Below are positions 37,701 to 50,900 of a stretch of DNA of 64,000 nucleotides, in pieces. Source of the stretch: Octopus sinensis (Eukaryota); assembly GCF_006345805.1 (NCBI RefSeq), contig NC_043009.1, forward strand, positions 34,348,001-34,412,000. Reading direction: 5' to 3'. Made by a program: the position numbers and the translations under genes. Within the stretch, counting starts at the first letter, position 1. Every line of letters starts with the position of its first letter. The notes under the pieces are model-generated. The model saw nothing but the letters and a program-made list of their open reading frames with translations, ran no database searches and was not told the origin of the DNA.

Positions 37701-40700
37701 ACAGCCACTCCTATGCCTATACCTACATCAATTATATTTCTTCTTTATTAATGCTACACTGTACTACGGAATACATCTGTAGATTTTTAATCATCATTGC
37801 ATACATAGACAGATGTAAACACATTGTCATGATATACAATACTTTAGTTACAGTCCTGTGTTGAAATTTCATCCATGACTGATTGGCCTCTTTAATTGTT
37901 CATGGAGAAACCAATTTACATATATAATGTGATGCTGGCAGCGAGGTTGATGAATAAATTGCTGGAGTGTAACCAGTTTTCTTCAACAGCTGTACTATAC
38001 TACAGAAAGATAGATATCCCAACTTAGTTTTGAAACTTGTCTAGCTTATCCCTCTTTTTCTGTCCATGAAAATGTATATACAGGCAAGGTGTTTCTATTT
38101 GTCTATACACAGTGTTGCTTAAATATCTATATAAATTCTGTAGTACAGTAACAAAAAACTTAATGCACCAGTAAATTCTTTATTAAGCCAGAGAAGAACC
38201 TAGTTCTATGTTCATAATAACAACATATTACATATAAATTAGTCAGAGTGATGTCCTCATCTTGATGTTTCTTTCATTACGTTCAGGCTGTGTACATTCC
38301 AGCCTTCTTTAGGTGTCTTGTGATTAATCTTAGCACCTAGCCTGGGATTGAACTCAGAACCTCTAGGTGACTGCACTGCATTTTAGTACTTTTATCCACT
38401 ACACTATGACTGTAGGCAGTTTTCATTGATGTCTTATGTTGGCTCTGTATTGATTGGATAATAAGACACCTGAAGAAGGTTGGAGCATACACAGCAGAAA
38501 CGTAGTGAAAACAACAAGTAAGATGAAGACACCACTCTAAACTAATACATAATATAAATTCCTCATTTCAGAAATATAGAATTGTATTATCTTACCAATA
38601 GTTATCAAACAAATTATTATTTAAAGAAAGAAGGCTGTGGCTTTATTGAGTTTGACAGAAGCCTAGACATGATATGATAACAATGGCAAACTATCTTTAT
38701 AGCTGTCTCATAAATTATTAAATGAGGAAAGAATGATAGGGTTTTATTAAATTCAGAAATAACCAAAATGTTTTAAAACATCAAAAAACGACTTTTCCAT
38801 TTATCTCATAAATTATCCTTTAGTTTCTTTTTTTCAAATAGATCTACAACTATGTAATTTCTGCCAAAGTCGAGTCTGTATTTTTGTGAAGATCTGGTTG
38901 GAAATATAAATTATAAAACAAGACTCTTGGAATATTTCTTAATATATTTTTATACTGTTTGGTGGTTGCATGGTCTGCAATTTAAGTAACCTTAACAAAC
39001 ATTTTATTGAAAAAAGATTTTAATAATTTATTTACTTGTAAACCTTTATCTTTTTCTCATTTGTTTTCTAGTTGCTTCTTGGTAAAGTCATACCAAAATT
39101 ATAAATTATATTAGCCACTTGGCACACACACACACCACACACACACACATTATATTCACCTCTAGTTTATCGCTGTTATTTTGTGATAACACAATATATC
39201 TGAGTAATTTTCATCCTCCCAACATTTTGTCAAAGTCACAATATTTTATGAGAGAGAGAGGGAGAGAGAGAGAGGGAGAGAAAAGGGGGAGAGAGAGAGG
39301 GGGAGAGAGAGAGAGATTAATATTATAGGATCATTTGTTCTAGATATTGATTTATTCACATAATGCCAATTTATATATATTTTGGGGGATTTATTAGACA
39401 TATATCTATTCTTAAATGTTTTCTACTATAGCCTTGGGCCAACCAAAGCTTTGTGTGTGGAATTGGTAGACAGAAAATGTAAGAAGTCCATAGTATATAG
39501 TATGTGTGTATGTGTATATATATATATAATCTTTATATATAAAAGTAAGGTTGTGTGTCTGTCTCCTACGATTTAGATTCCTAACTACTCCCACATTTTG
39601 CGGTGCAGTTTAACCAAAACCGGGTATCTTATAGTCATGATTCATATCGAGCCCTTCTGGGTATTAGCGCGTGTCTACGATGAGTCTACGATTTAAAAAA
39701 AAATTTACCATAATTTTTTTTCCATTTTAATGCATTTTTCGCTATTATATAAGGGAAGTAACTCTCTAAAAATGTCTACGATGAGTCAACGATTTAAAAA
39801 AAAATTTACCATCATTTTTTTCCATTTTAATGCATTTTTTTGCTATTTTTTGGCTATAACTCTCTAAAAAATGCTTATATAGTTATTTCCCTTACAAACC
39901 CAAGCAACGCTGGGCGATACTGCTAGTATATATATATATATGCATGTCGTCCTGAAATGGATAAGGAAAAGGAGAAATGAACGTCAAGACCGAATCCATG
40001 CTGTGGAAGCAGAGGTTTAGATTTTAGAACTGTCCTTTTAAAAATCATAAATGTTTTGAGTATGGAAAAATTGGACATAAAAGTTCACACTGTATAACAA
40101 AACAAAACAAAAAGGGCCAAACAAAAACATTCTTGAAAGAATGTATTGTTAACCAAAATTTTAAGTGAGCCCCAGAAAACAATATTTGTGTCCATAAAAA
40201 TGAATAATGTGAATAGCAAGTTACAAATGGATATGGGCAGTGATATAACGATAATTAATACAGATACAAGGAGAAAAATACAGAAACCTAGATTAAAGGA
40301 AACTTCAAAAATTTCATGAGGTGTTTCAGGTAAAAAACTGCATTTTATGGGTGAAATGACAAGTGAATTTACATTTTGTGGAAAAACCCTGAAAGCCAAA
40401 GCTCTTGTGTTGAAAAATATGACAAATTTATTTGGAACAGACTGGATGGAACTGTTTAACTTTTGGGACCTCTCCATAAATATTTTTTGTAAAAATGCGA
40501 ATGGTTCTTCTGCCAGTACAAATAAGGCATCGGAGAATTTAAAGAAAGGAATTTAAAAAAATTTTCCTGATGTTTTTTTTGATGAATTGGGTTTATATAT
40601 ATATATATATAGACCCAATTCATCAAAAAAAACATCAGGAAAATTTAATTTTTGTTTCACCATTGAATTTTCACCATCCCACTTCCATCAATGGATCACC

Positions 40701-41439
40701 CTTCCTTTCTCATTCATTTGTTGTGACGGAGAAATACACAAGAGTATTATTATAGTAGAAGATACACGATGTATATATATATATATATATACACACACAC
40801 GTACATACATACATATATATATCTCCTAATATAATAATGAGCATAGTGTGTTTATATATTTGTCCAAAATCATGCAGTAGGAGTGACTGGTGAAGAGAGA
40901 GGAGAGAAAATAGTAATTCAGTGAAGGAGAAGAAGTGAGAGTAATAGCCATGAATGAGAGGGGTAAGAGAAAGTAATAGCAATGAGAGAGAGGACATGGC
41001 AAAGAGAGCATCGTGTATCTTCTACTATAATAATACTCTTGTGTATTTCTCCGTCACAACAAATGAATGAGAAAGGAAGGGTGATCCATTGATGGAAGTG
41101 GGATAGTGAAAATTCAATGGTGAAACAAAAATTAAATAGCGCTTCAATTCTGTGTGAGTATATGTGTGTGCATGTAAAAGGGAGGAATGTGAATGTTTGT
41201 GTGTGTGTGTGTGTTTGTGTAAAATATATCTATATATCTGAGTAAGTGTATATGTGTTTGTGTATGTTTATTTAGAAAGATACATAAAAAATAGAATTAC
41301 AGACACATGTGCATTTACACATACATATATATATATATGTAAACAGATACACTTAAAAAGGAAGGAAGCAGGCTGTGACAAAGTATAGAAAACTACATTT
41401 TCTACAGACTGTGCTACTCATACATATGAATGTATACAC

Positions 41440-41487
<48 letters not shown>

Positions 41488-43022
41488 ATACAGAGTTGAA
41501 GCACTGTTTGATTTGTTTTTTAACCTTTCTGTGCCCTTTATATATATAAAATATTACAATTAGCTGGCATTTTTGATGACACAGGGCCAGCTAGTATATA
41601 TATAGATGTCTTGCAAACAACTTGCACATGCAAGTGCTACCAGTCAAAAACTCTGCATACTGAAAGCCAGCAAGTGCATGGGGTCATCAGGAGAGAATGC
41701 GCACCGTTTCGGGGCCTACCTCTCGACGGCATCAATGAGCACCGTCCCCCGCTCACTGATATGAGGCCCCACTTACTAGATCAGCTGGTTATCAAATAAT
41801 ATCAAGTATGTTATAGAAAGTATGGGCTATTTACAGAGTGATCATAGAGAGCCAATGTGAAAAAAATACAGAGTAGAGGAAATTGAAAACGCAAATCATA
41901 GGTAGTCAAAGTGATTCTTGAACACACAAATGAAGGTATTCAATCAAGGTAATTGTATTATATATAATTATACACATCAACATAAATCATGCATGCATAA
42001 GCGTAAAGATTCTCCAAGGGTATAAAGAATAAAACCAAACATACATAAAAATATAGAAATATAAAAACATATAAATAAAGATTACCTGTAACGAGTTATG
42101 CGTGATAAATATAGGAGGTGAAAAAACAAATGAGAGGTTGATAACCATAGGAATAAAAATGTCAACCTTCAAAATGGCAAAGTGCCTTCTAAATATTCCT
42201 TATACATCTAGGATATAAGATAGAAATGATAGATCTAATTTTATAGGTTTTTAGAAATGTAGAGTGAAATTTATGGTTACAGGAAAGGATCACATCTGAA
42301 AACTTATTTAACATATTAGTGTTATATAATTTAAGGATTATATACAATTCCCTTATAACTATTGTAACCTACTCCAACCAACAAGAAAATCACTATGTGG
42401 TCCCTCAAACTCAAATTTCTCTTAAATTATATCCTGACATTTTAAAGAGAAGAGAAGGAGGCATTAGATCATGTAATAGTAGTGCCATGATAAAATGTAC
42501 CCATAGAAACCATGCCAAAAGTGGGATGTATAAATGAGACATAGTCCCCAATCTACTGAGGAGAGCAGTAACTTAAAAGAAGAATTAACAATGTGATAAC
42601 CGGTCCAGACTGTGTCAGTCTGGAAAGCAAAGTTAAAATGATGATAATGAATCCTAGACTGGATACAAGGCATGCCCAAAAAAGGATGGAGTGGTTATGA
42701 CTGGAATATCTTTGATAAGATCAGTGATGAACTGGAACTGCATATAACAACAATAACAACAACAAAAGCAGCAATACCATTATACCATCTTGGAAATATA
42801 AAAAAATGAAAAGGTGAATGGAAGCCTCTTACAGTGGTCAACTGGAGATCTCGTTTATCATATGGCGAGTAGTCGTAGATAGCAACATATATCTTCTCGT
42901 TACTAGATTCACTCATATCCGTGTGGGTGGAGGGAACTTTATTTAAGCGAGCAGGAACTTCTTCTGAAAAATAAGTGGGAAAAAAAATAAATACATGAAT
43001 GAAGTCACACACACCTGCACAT

Positions 43023-43068
<46 letters not shown>

Positions 43069-43313
43069 ACACATGCTAATATCAAACAGTGAGAATGAGT
43101 GCTCAACACTGCATTGGTGGATGAATATTCTTTATTTGTGGGTCAACAAGGCCATTATTGGTTTCCTGTCAAGAGAAATCTCTCAACAAATATCAAGCCT
43201 GTCACATGGAAAGTACTAGTGTTGCATGTGGCGGGCTTGATAATTGCTGAGAGATTTCTCTCACCATGAAACCAATGATGGTCTTGTTGATCTACAAATA
43301 AAATGTATGTGAA

Positions 43314-43362
<49 letters not shown>

Positions 43363-43767
43363 CAACTAATGTAGGATAAAATTTTTTTCGAAAAAAATTT
43401 TTATCAATGGCCAGCATATCAAAAAATACCTTTAAAGGTTAAATTATAAATAACTTATAAAATAAGGACAAAAGAAAAATTCTAATGCCAAATATGCTGA
43501 AAAAAGACAAAATTGTCAATAACCATTATAATTTATGCGTCTCGAAACAAGCCGATAGAAATTTCTAAAAAATTTTGTTATTACCGTATTGGTCCCAATT
43601 CGGGGTTAATTCATAAGAATTTTCCCCTCCTCAGCGATAAATACCTAAGACATAAATGAAATACTTACTCATACCCATGGAAAAAACAAGCCCTTTTTTT
43701 CAGCATATTTGGCATTAGAACTTTTCTTTGGCCCTTATTTTATAAGTTATATATATATATATATATA

Positions 43768-43815
<48 letters not shown>

Positions 43816-46800
43816 AGTAGTCAGTTCCGATTCAAAACTTGACCACTTCTTGTTTTTTATTAGATGTATTTTTTTCTGTGCACGAACACATCAGTGACTT
43901 TTGAGTCCCAAAAGCTCTTTGAAATTAACATTTCAAACAGTGCTTTAACTGCTTTTCAGATCATCATCATTATCATATACATATGCATGTACATACGTAA
44001 ATTAGTACATACGTACGCACACATGCATGCACATGCATGTATGAGGTTTGGGTGTGTCTGTGTAGTGTGTGTTCTGAGTTAGAGCCAAGAGTATAGTTTA
44101 AGTGTACCTGGATGATGCATCGAATGTCTGCAGATGTAAATTTACAATACTGTTGTGTGATATGTTTTCCTTGTTGCTTAGTTCTAGACTATCTCTGACT
44201 GATTAGACCTATGATAAAAAACATTCTCACCATAATCATTCCATCATTTTTTCAGGCGCAGTGTACCTAAGTTATTTTATTCAATTTGTCCTCACATCTT
44301 TAAAGACAATTTGAGAGAAGTGTGACTATTACTTTTAGCAAATCGCATAACCTTTAGAGCCACCTTCTTTCCAGGATATCTGGGATTACATTACACCATC
44401 AAATGTGTCTTTCACTTCTCTAGAATGGAAGGTTGTGATGTGAGGCAAATTTGGCTGATACTTTTTGAATGTTGAGTAACTAGCAGATGGACCCTTACTT
44501 CCATGCTATCAGTACAGGAGTCTCAGTTGGTTTGTCTGATTTTGACTTTGGATATGGTAAGGAATTGTATTGTTGTTTAGTTCCAGGTTAACACTGACGG
44601 AACAAAAGCATTTCAAACTGCATCTGTTTAAGGTGGTCAAGGACTATTTCATCCAATGTATCCTTTTCTTCCTCAAGGAAGTAGGAAAATTCAAATGGCA
44701 TTTGTTTGCTATTTTCAACATGCTGATTAGCCATGCAGAAGCTAGTTGTTGTTCTTTAGTCTCAGGTTACCCTGGTTTAACCCTTTCGTTACTGTATTTA
44801 TTTTGAGATGTTCTGTGTTTCTCCCAATTATTTTAGATATAACAAAGAATTTAGTAAAGTAACTTAGTTATCTTAAGCTAGTGTTAGGAGCAGTATTTGT
44901 GACTAAGGTTTGGTGGAAGATTTTAATTAAAAACTTATGAAAACAAGACATTTGTACTAAAGAGCCAGAGCCGGTTTCAGCTGGATTGGTAATGAAAGGG
45001 TTAAAGATATCTATGATCAAAAGTATTCAAGTCATGACCAGCTTGTCTTTTTCCTATGTACAGGACCACATTATCCAAAAGTTACTTTTTCTAAGACGGT
45101 GGGGATTTGAGGAAGATTTGGCTGCTGTTTCTAAAAAGTTAAGCATAGAGGCTCACTTGCTGACTTATATATTTTGGGTGTAGTATTTTATTGAAAACAA
45201 TTCTTTCATTGTCATTCCATTAACATCATTGTCATTCCATTAACATCTAGGGTGTATTATAGGAATGTGAAATCAACCCCTGTGCTTCGTTGGAACAATA
45301 AAAAGCAAAGTCAAACTCAACAAAATTTGAAAATTAAAGGGTTGTAACTGTGTATTTTGTATTTGTAGACACATGAAGCCACCTTACCATGTCTCTCAAT
45401 AAAAGACAGTTTACATCCCGGAGCATTGCGGTCAATCTGGTCACAGCATTTGTACTTCTTTAAACTTTTTGTCCATACCCCAGGATGGTATTTAAGGTAG
45501 AAACTGGCATTTTTCTTCAGACATTCTGTAAAAAAGTAAAATTAAATAATAACAATCATCCTTTCTACTAAAGGCACAAGGCCTGCTTTTTTTTGGGGGG
45601 GGGGCACTAGTCGATTACATTGACTCCAGTGTGTAACTGGTACTTATTTCATTGACCCCCCCCCCAAAGGAGGAAAGACAAAGTTGACCTTGGTAGAATT
45701 TGAACTCAGAATGTAAGGATGGACAAAATATCATAAAAAATTTTGCCTGGCATGCTAACAATTCTGCCAGCTTGCCACCTTAATGATAATAATAATAGTG
45801 AAAATGATTAAGATAGGTAAAATGTGAGAGGAGGGAGTTGGTTGATTGTATTGGCCTTCATAATTCACTGGTATTTAATCATCCCAGAGGGACAAAAGGT
45901 AAAGTTGAACTTAGCAAGGTTTAAACTTAGAAGGGAAAGAGCCAGAACAACAATCACAAGGCATTTTATCTATTGCCTTTCTATTTCTGGCAATCCATCA
46001 TCTTTGATAATCATTTCTACAATAGGCACAAGACTTGAGATTTAGTGTGCGGGCAGACGGGCTAGTCAGTTACAGTGACCTCAAAACTTGATTGGCATTT
46101 ACTTCATTATCCTTAAAAGGATGAAAGGCAAAGTCGATTTGATCTCAGAATCATCATCTTTAATTAAAATCAAAAATCAAAATCAAAATCGATCAACATC
46201 AATGGAAATTGTAGCTGTGATACCAGTGCCGGTGGCACGTAAGAGAACCATCTGAACGTGGCCGTTGCCAGCCCCGCCCCGACTGGCCTCCGTGCCGGTG
46301 GCACGTAAAAAGCACCATCCGATCGTGGCCGTTTGCCAGCCTCGTCTGGCACCTGTGCAGGTGGCACGTAAAAAGCACCCACTACACTCACAGAGTGGTT
46401 GGCGTTAGGAAGGGCATCCAGCTGTAGAAACACTGCCAGATCAGACTGGGCCTGGCACAGCCTTCTGGCTTCCCAGACCCCAGTTGAACCGTCCAACCCA
46501 TGCTAGCATGGAAAATGGACGTTAAACGATGATGATGATGAGTAGTAGTGACAATGATGATTGGAGTATTTTTTTTTTTATCACAAATCACAAATTTGAC
46601 TAAATCTGTAGTTTATTTAATCTGTAGTGAACCCAAAGGAAAACCTGGTGCTTATGCCTTTTAAAATCTTCTAAATATAGTGGAATAGTTTGAACCCAAA
46701 CACACTCTATTTAACCGAGTAGCACTCAACTTATATAATCAACAGTTTGGGAGAGAGAGAGAGGGGGGAGACAGAGAGAGTTGAGTGAATCCTGGTAAAA

Positions 46801-47898
46801 TAATAATGAAATCATTCACCCCCACCCTTTAGTGGGGTGGGGGCTACATTTGCAGTTACCCTACTAAATGTATATGTAATTTTTGTGTAATACTAAGGGA
46901 TGTGCCTTAAAACAAATAAGGAATAAATAGTTGATAGTTATGGTAATGGGGTGAGAATAATATTGGTATTGAAGAGAAAGAGAGAGAGGCAGAAATAGTG
47001 GAATCAATGAAGAGACAGACAAAGAGAGAGAGGAGAAGGGAGAAAGGATTCTAAGAAGTGAGAGGTTAAGTAAAAGTGGAGGTTTAGGCAAAGAATACAA
47101 AAGAAAGAATTTCTCAGTCACACAACCATGTCAGTATCCACAACAGAAGGTTTTCCAGTTATTGTCATTCTCTCTTTTTAAGGTTATGTAATACTTTATC
47201 TGATGTGTCAAGTCTTTATTTAAAATGAGAGTGAGTGATATTTTGGGGTTGCCATTTCTAGCAGTTCAAATAGATGTCTTTCCTATGGTAATGATGGTGA
47301 TGATAGCAGTAATGGTGATGATAAAGTGAAAATGTCTTGGTCTTTTTTTTACATGATAGCAAAATCTGAAAATTGTTCCTATGTTGGTGATAGTGAGAGA
47401 AGTGGAGAGAACAAGAGCAAGAGAAGGAAACCAGAAGAAGTTAGTAAAGAGAAATTTATAAATATATACATTAAAAGATCTACACACACACACACACACA
47501 CACACACTGAGAGAGAGAAAGGAACTAAGATTTGCATAGATTTCAGTGTAGAAGTACATGATGTATAAAGAGTGGGGGAGAGTGTGTGTGTATGTTGTAT
47601 GTTTAACCAGAGAGAGAGACGGCTAACCCCAGGTTGACCTTTACAAGGAACCATACAGAGGAGATTAGGGAGTCTTGCAAGTCACAAGATGCACTGCAAA
47701 CAGAACCAACTTTTAGAGCAGCAGACAGGATGTGGAAAGAAGATTGGTGATACAAGAATGGATGACAACCATATGTTACAGTAGAAACACACACACACTG
47801 TAGATAGATAGATGTACGTATGTACATAATCATATCAGTAAACATAAACAGTATAAGTGAGTGAGTATTCATATGTGTACACACACTTAAAAAAAATG

Positions 47899-47946
<48 letters not shown>

Positions 47947-50900
47947 ATGTATGTATGTGTGTGTATATATATTATATATTGTGATATGTGAATAATTTCA
48001 AGGGTTTAAATAGTGCTATATACAACTTTACATACAGGAAAATGTTGCTCTTATGTAATATTATGTTTTCTGGAATTTTGTAGTGAGAAATCGATAAAGC
48101 AGATGAAAGCCTGTGGCAATCTATTATGCACCACTGATGTCTTTTTAAATACTACACACACATACACATGCACAAACACACACACACACACACATACACA
48201 CACACGATGATTGCCTCATCTTATCACATGATAGTTGTCTCACAAATAGTGAGATATCTGTATGTCACTGGATCTAAGAGACAAAAGCTTGTGCACAGGG
48301 CTGGCCTTAAGCCGATTAAGCTGATTGATTCTAGTTGGGCCCCACGCCGAAGGATAACCTGCGCTCAAGAGGGCCATATTCTAAACTGCGATATTTCATA
48401 AAGGTGGTCACCCTGAAGTCTTTTAAAAAAATCTACAAGTTCTTTCAAAAAAACAAAAAAAAGAAAATCACACAAAACTTAAGCGACACAAGACATCAAA
48501 AGATCAATTCATTCATCCAAGGCTGCTTGGGTTAGCCACTGAATTTGAAGAAATTTATTGTATTTTTAGTGTAAGGGCCAATATGTAGGTTTGTATGTGA
48601 AAGTTTGTGAGTGGTTATGGGGATCGTGGACAGTTTGACAAGGCTGGCAAGCCAGAAGGCTGCACCAGGCTCCAATCTGATTTGGCAAAATTTCTACAGC
48701 TGGATGCCCTTCCTAATGCCAACCACTCCAAGAGTGTAGTGGGTGCTTTTTACTGGCATTGACCACACTTGAATAATGCTTTTTATGTGCCACTGGCATA
48801 GGAGCCAGTCAGGTAGTACTGGCAATGACCATGTTTGAATGGTGCATTTTACATGATACCGGCACGGAACCAGTCAGCTGAAATGATGCCAAGGGTTTGT
48901 GCTCTTATGTTAAGGAGGTATATGGCCCAAAATCTTCTTCAATAGCTTCAATGAGAACAGCAGATGCACGTTTGATTCTGACTGACACCGATTCTATTCA
49001 TGAGCGTTGGGTGGAACATTTTTCTACACTTTTGAATAGACCTTCATCCGTTGACATGAGGACGATAGAAAAAAGCGAACACCTTCTAGTTATAGAATAA
49101 CAATAGGTCTCCAGGGCCTGATGGAATCTGTGCAGAAGTCTTGAAATATGAGGGTGACAAAATGTTTGAACTCTTAAATATATTAATTTGTCACTGTTAG
49201 AGAACTGAGAAAGTGCCTCAAGACTGGATTGATACCATTTTAGTCTCCCTGCATAAATCGGGGCCAAAGGATCTGTGGTAATTTTTGTGGGATTTCGCTT
49301 TTGTCTGGTTGGAAAGGTACTTGCCCACATTTTGTTAAATGTTTAAATACCTCTATAGTTCCAAATATAGTGTCTGAGTCTCAGTGTGGTTTTCGTTCCT
49401 CCAAGGGCACAGATGGTTGTATCTTTACTGTCAGACAATTACAAGAAAAGTGCATTGAACAGAATCTTGCTCTATACCATTGCTTTGTTGATTTGAGCAA
49501 AGCATTCGATACTGTTAATCGAAATGCTCTGTGGCTAATTCTAAGGAATATAGGTCGTCCAGAAAAATTTGTGAACATGATCAGGGCTTTGAATCAATAT
49601 ATGAAATTTGTGAACATGATCAGGGCTTTGAATCAATATATGAAATTTGTGAACATGATCAGGGCTTTGAATCAATATATGAAATTTGTGAACATGATCA
49701 GGGCTTTGAATCAATATATGAAATTTGTGAACATGATCAGGGCTTTGAATCAATATATGAAATTTGTGAACATGATCAGGGCTTTAAATAAACTGAAAGG
49801 TAGCCCATCCTTAACGTGGCTGTTTAGTATACTAAAAATAGCAGTTACTAAACATATAAAACACCCACTATTCTGATCACCTAATATGCTGCAAAGGGGG
49901 AAAAAATGGCCTCTGCAGTATATTACGAGGCGAGATTAGTTGATAGCACCTGAAAGCAAAATGAAGAAAAAAATAACTCTGAGGTGGGGGTAGGTGGCCT
50001 ACCAAAATTGTGCTCAGTTGGGCCCTGCACTGCCTAAGGCCGGCCCTGCTTGTGCAATACTTTTATCACTCTTTCAGTTGCCATAGTAGATGCCCATGAC
50101 AAACACTTAAATATGACTAGTACTATTTTGACTTCAAGTTTTAGGTCAGAGTATCTTTCTCCTAGAAGAACAGCCTTCCTCAAGGCTTTGTTAAAAATAA
50201 CAGGAGCCCTGGGAAACCTATTTAAGTCATAGGTGGGACCTGGCAGATAATAACCATTCCAGGTCAAAATGGAACTTGGAGTAGTGATAATTAAGGGATG
50301 ACTCTATGCTCCCCTTAATTCCAGTCCAAAACTGAAGATTTGCCATTGGGTATGGAACATGTATACATACATGTGAGACTTTCCTCAAGGCCAAAATACA
50401 ACATAGTTTTTGTCTACATCAGTGCCATTCAAAGTGGTGGTCTGTGGACCGGTGCCGGTCCGCAAGCCATTAGCTGCTGGTATGTGGTGAGTTTCCAGAA
50501 AAGAAAGAAACATTATAAAATGCTTATATAATATTGTATTATTTGTTTACAAAATAAATATACGATGAAAAAAGTTGTCAACTTTTATTATATTCATTAT
50601 ACATATTGTTTCTGGTATAAATTAATATTACTAAGAAACATTACTGGTCCCAGGCACATTGGAAAAAAAAACAGCAGATAGTTTGAGAAGTACATTACAA
50701 TGATGGGGCTTTGTTTCTTTATTAGAAACCAGCTCCTTCCTCAGAGGAAGAACTTAGATAATTAAAAACAGAAGAGTATGAACGAACAAATATGCATTCA
50801 TGCATATATGCATGAATGCGCACACATGCACACACACCCACGACTGTCTCCTCAGATTCAGCTTAATGACTCTGATGTACTTTCAATCTTGCATTTGTGG

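Larger units (their letters stand above)
48296..50048. mobile_element. Non-autonomous hAT (Tip100-like ends) element, 1753 bp, with nested retroelement fragments
   Basis: TIRs CAGGGCTGGCCTTA / TAAGGCCGGCCCTG and a perfect 8-bp TSD CTTGTGCA (48288-48295, 50049-50056). Confidence 0.9.

Noticed and set aside
40085-40477. 130-aa hydrophobic minus-strand ORF suggesting a membrane protein
   Set aside because: It is the antisense shadow of the A-rich Gypsy protease remnant on the plus strand.
49301-49876. 191-aa ORF with [13 protein letters not shown] repeats as a novel repeat protein or CRISPR-like array
   Set aside because: It is a truncated RTE RT plus a head-to-tail 39-bp tandem repeat. There are no spacers and the context is eukaryotic.
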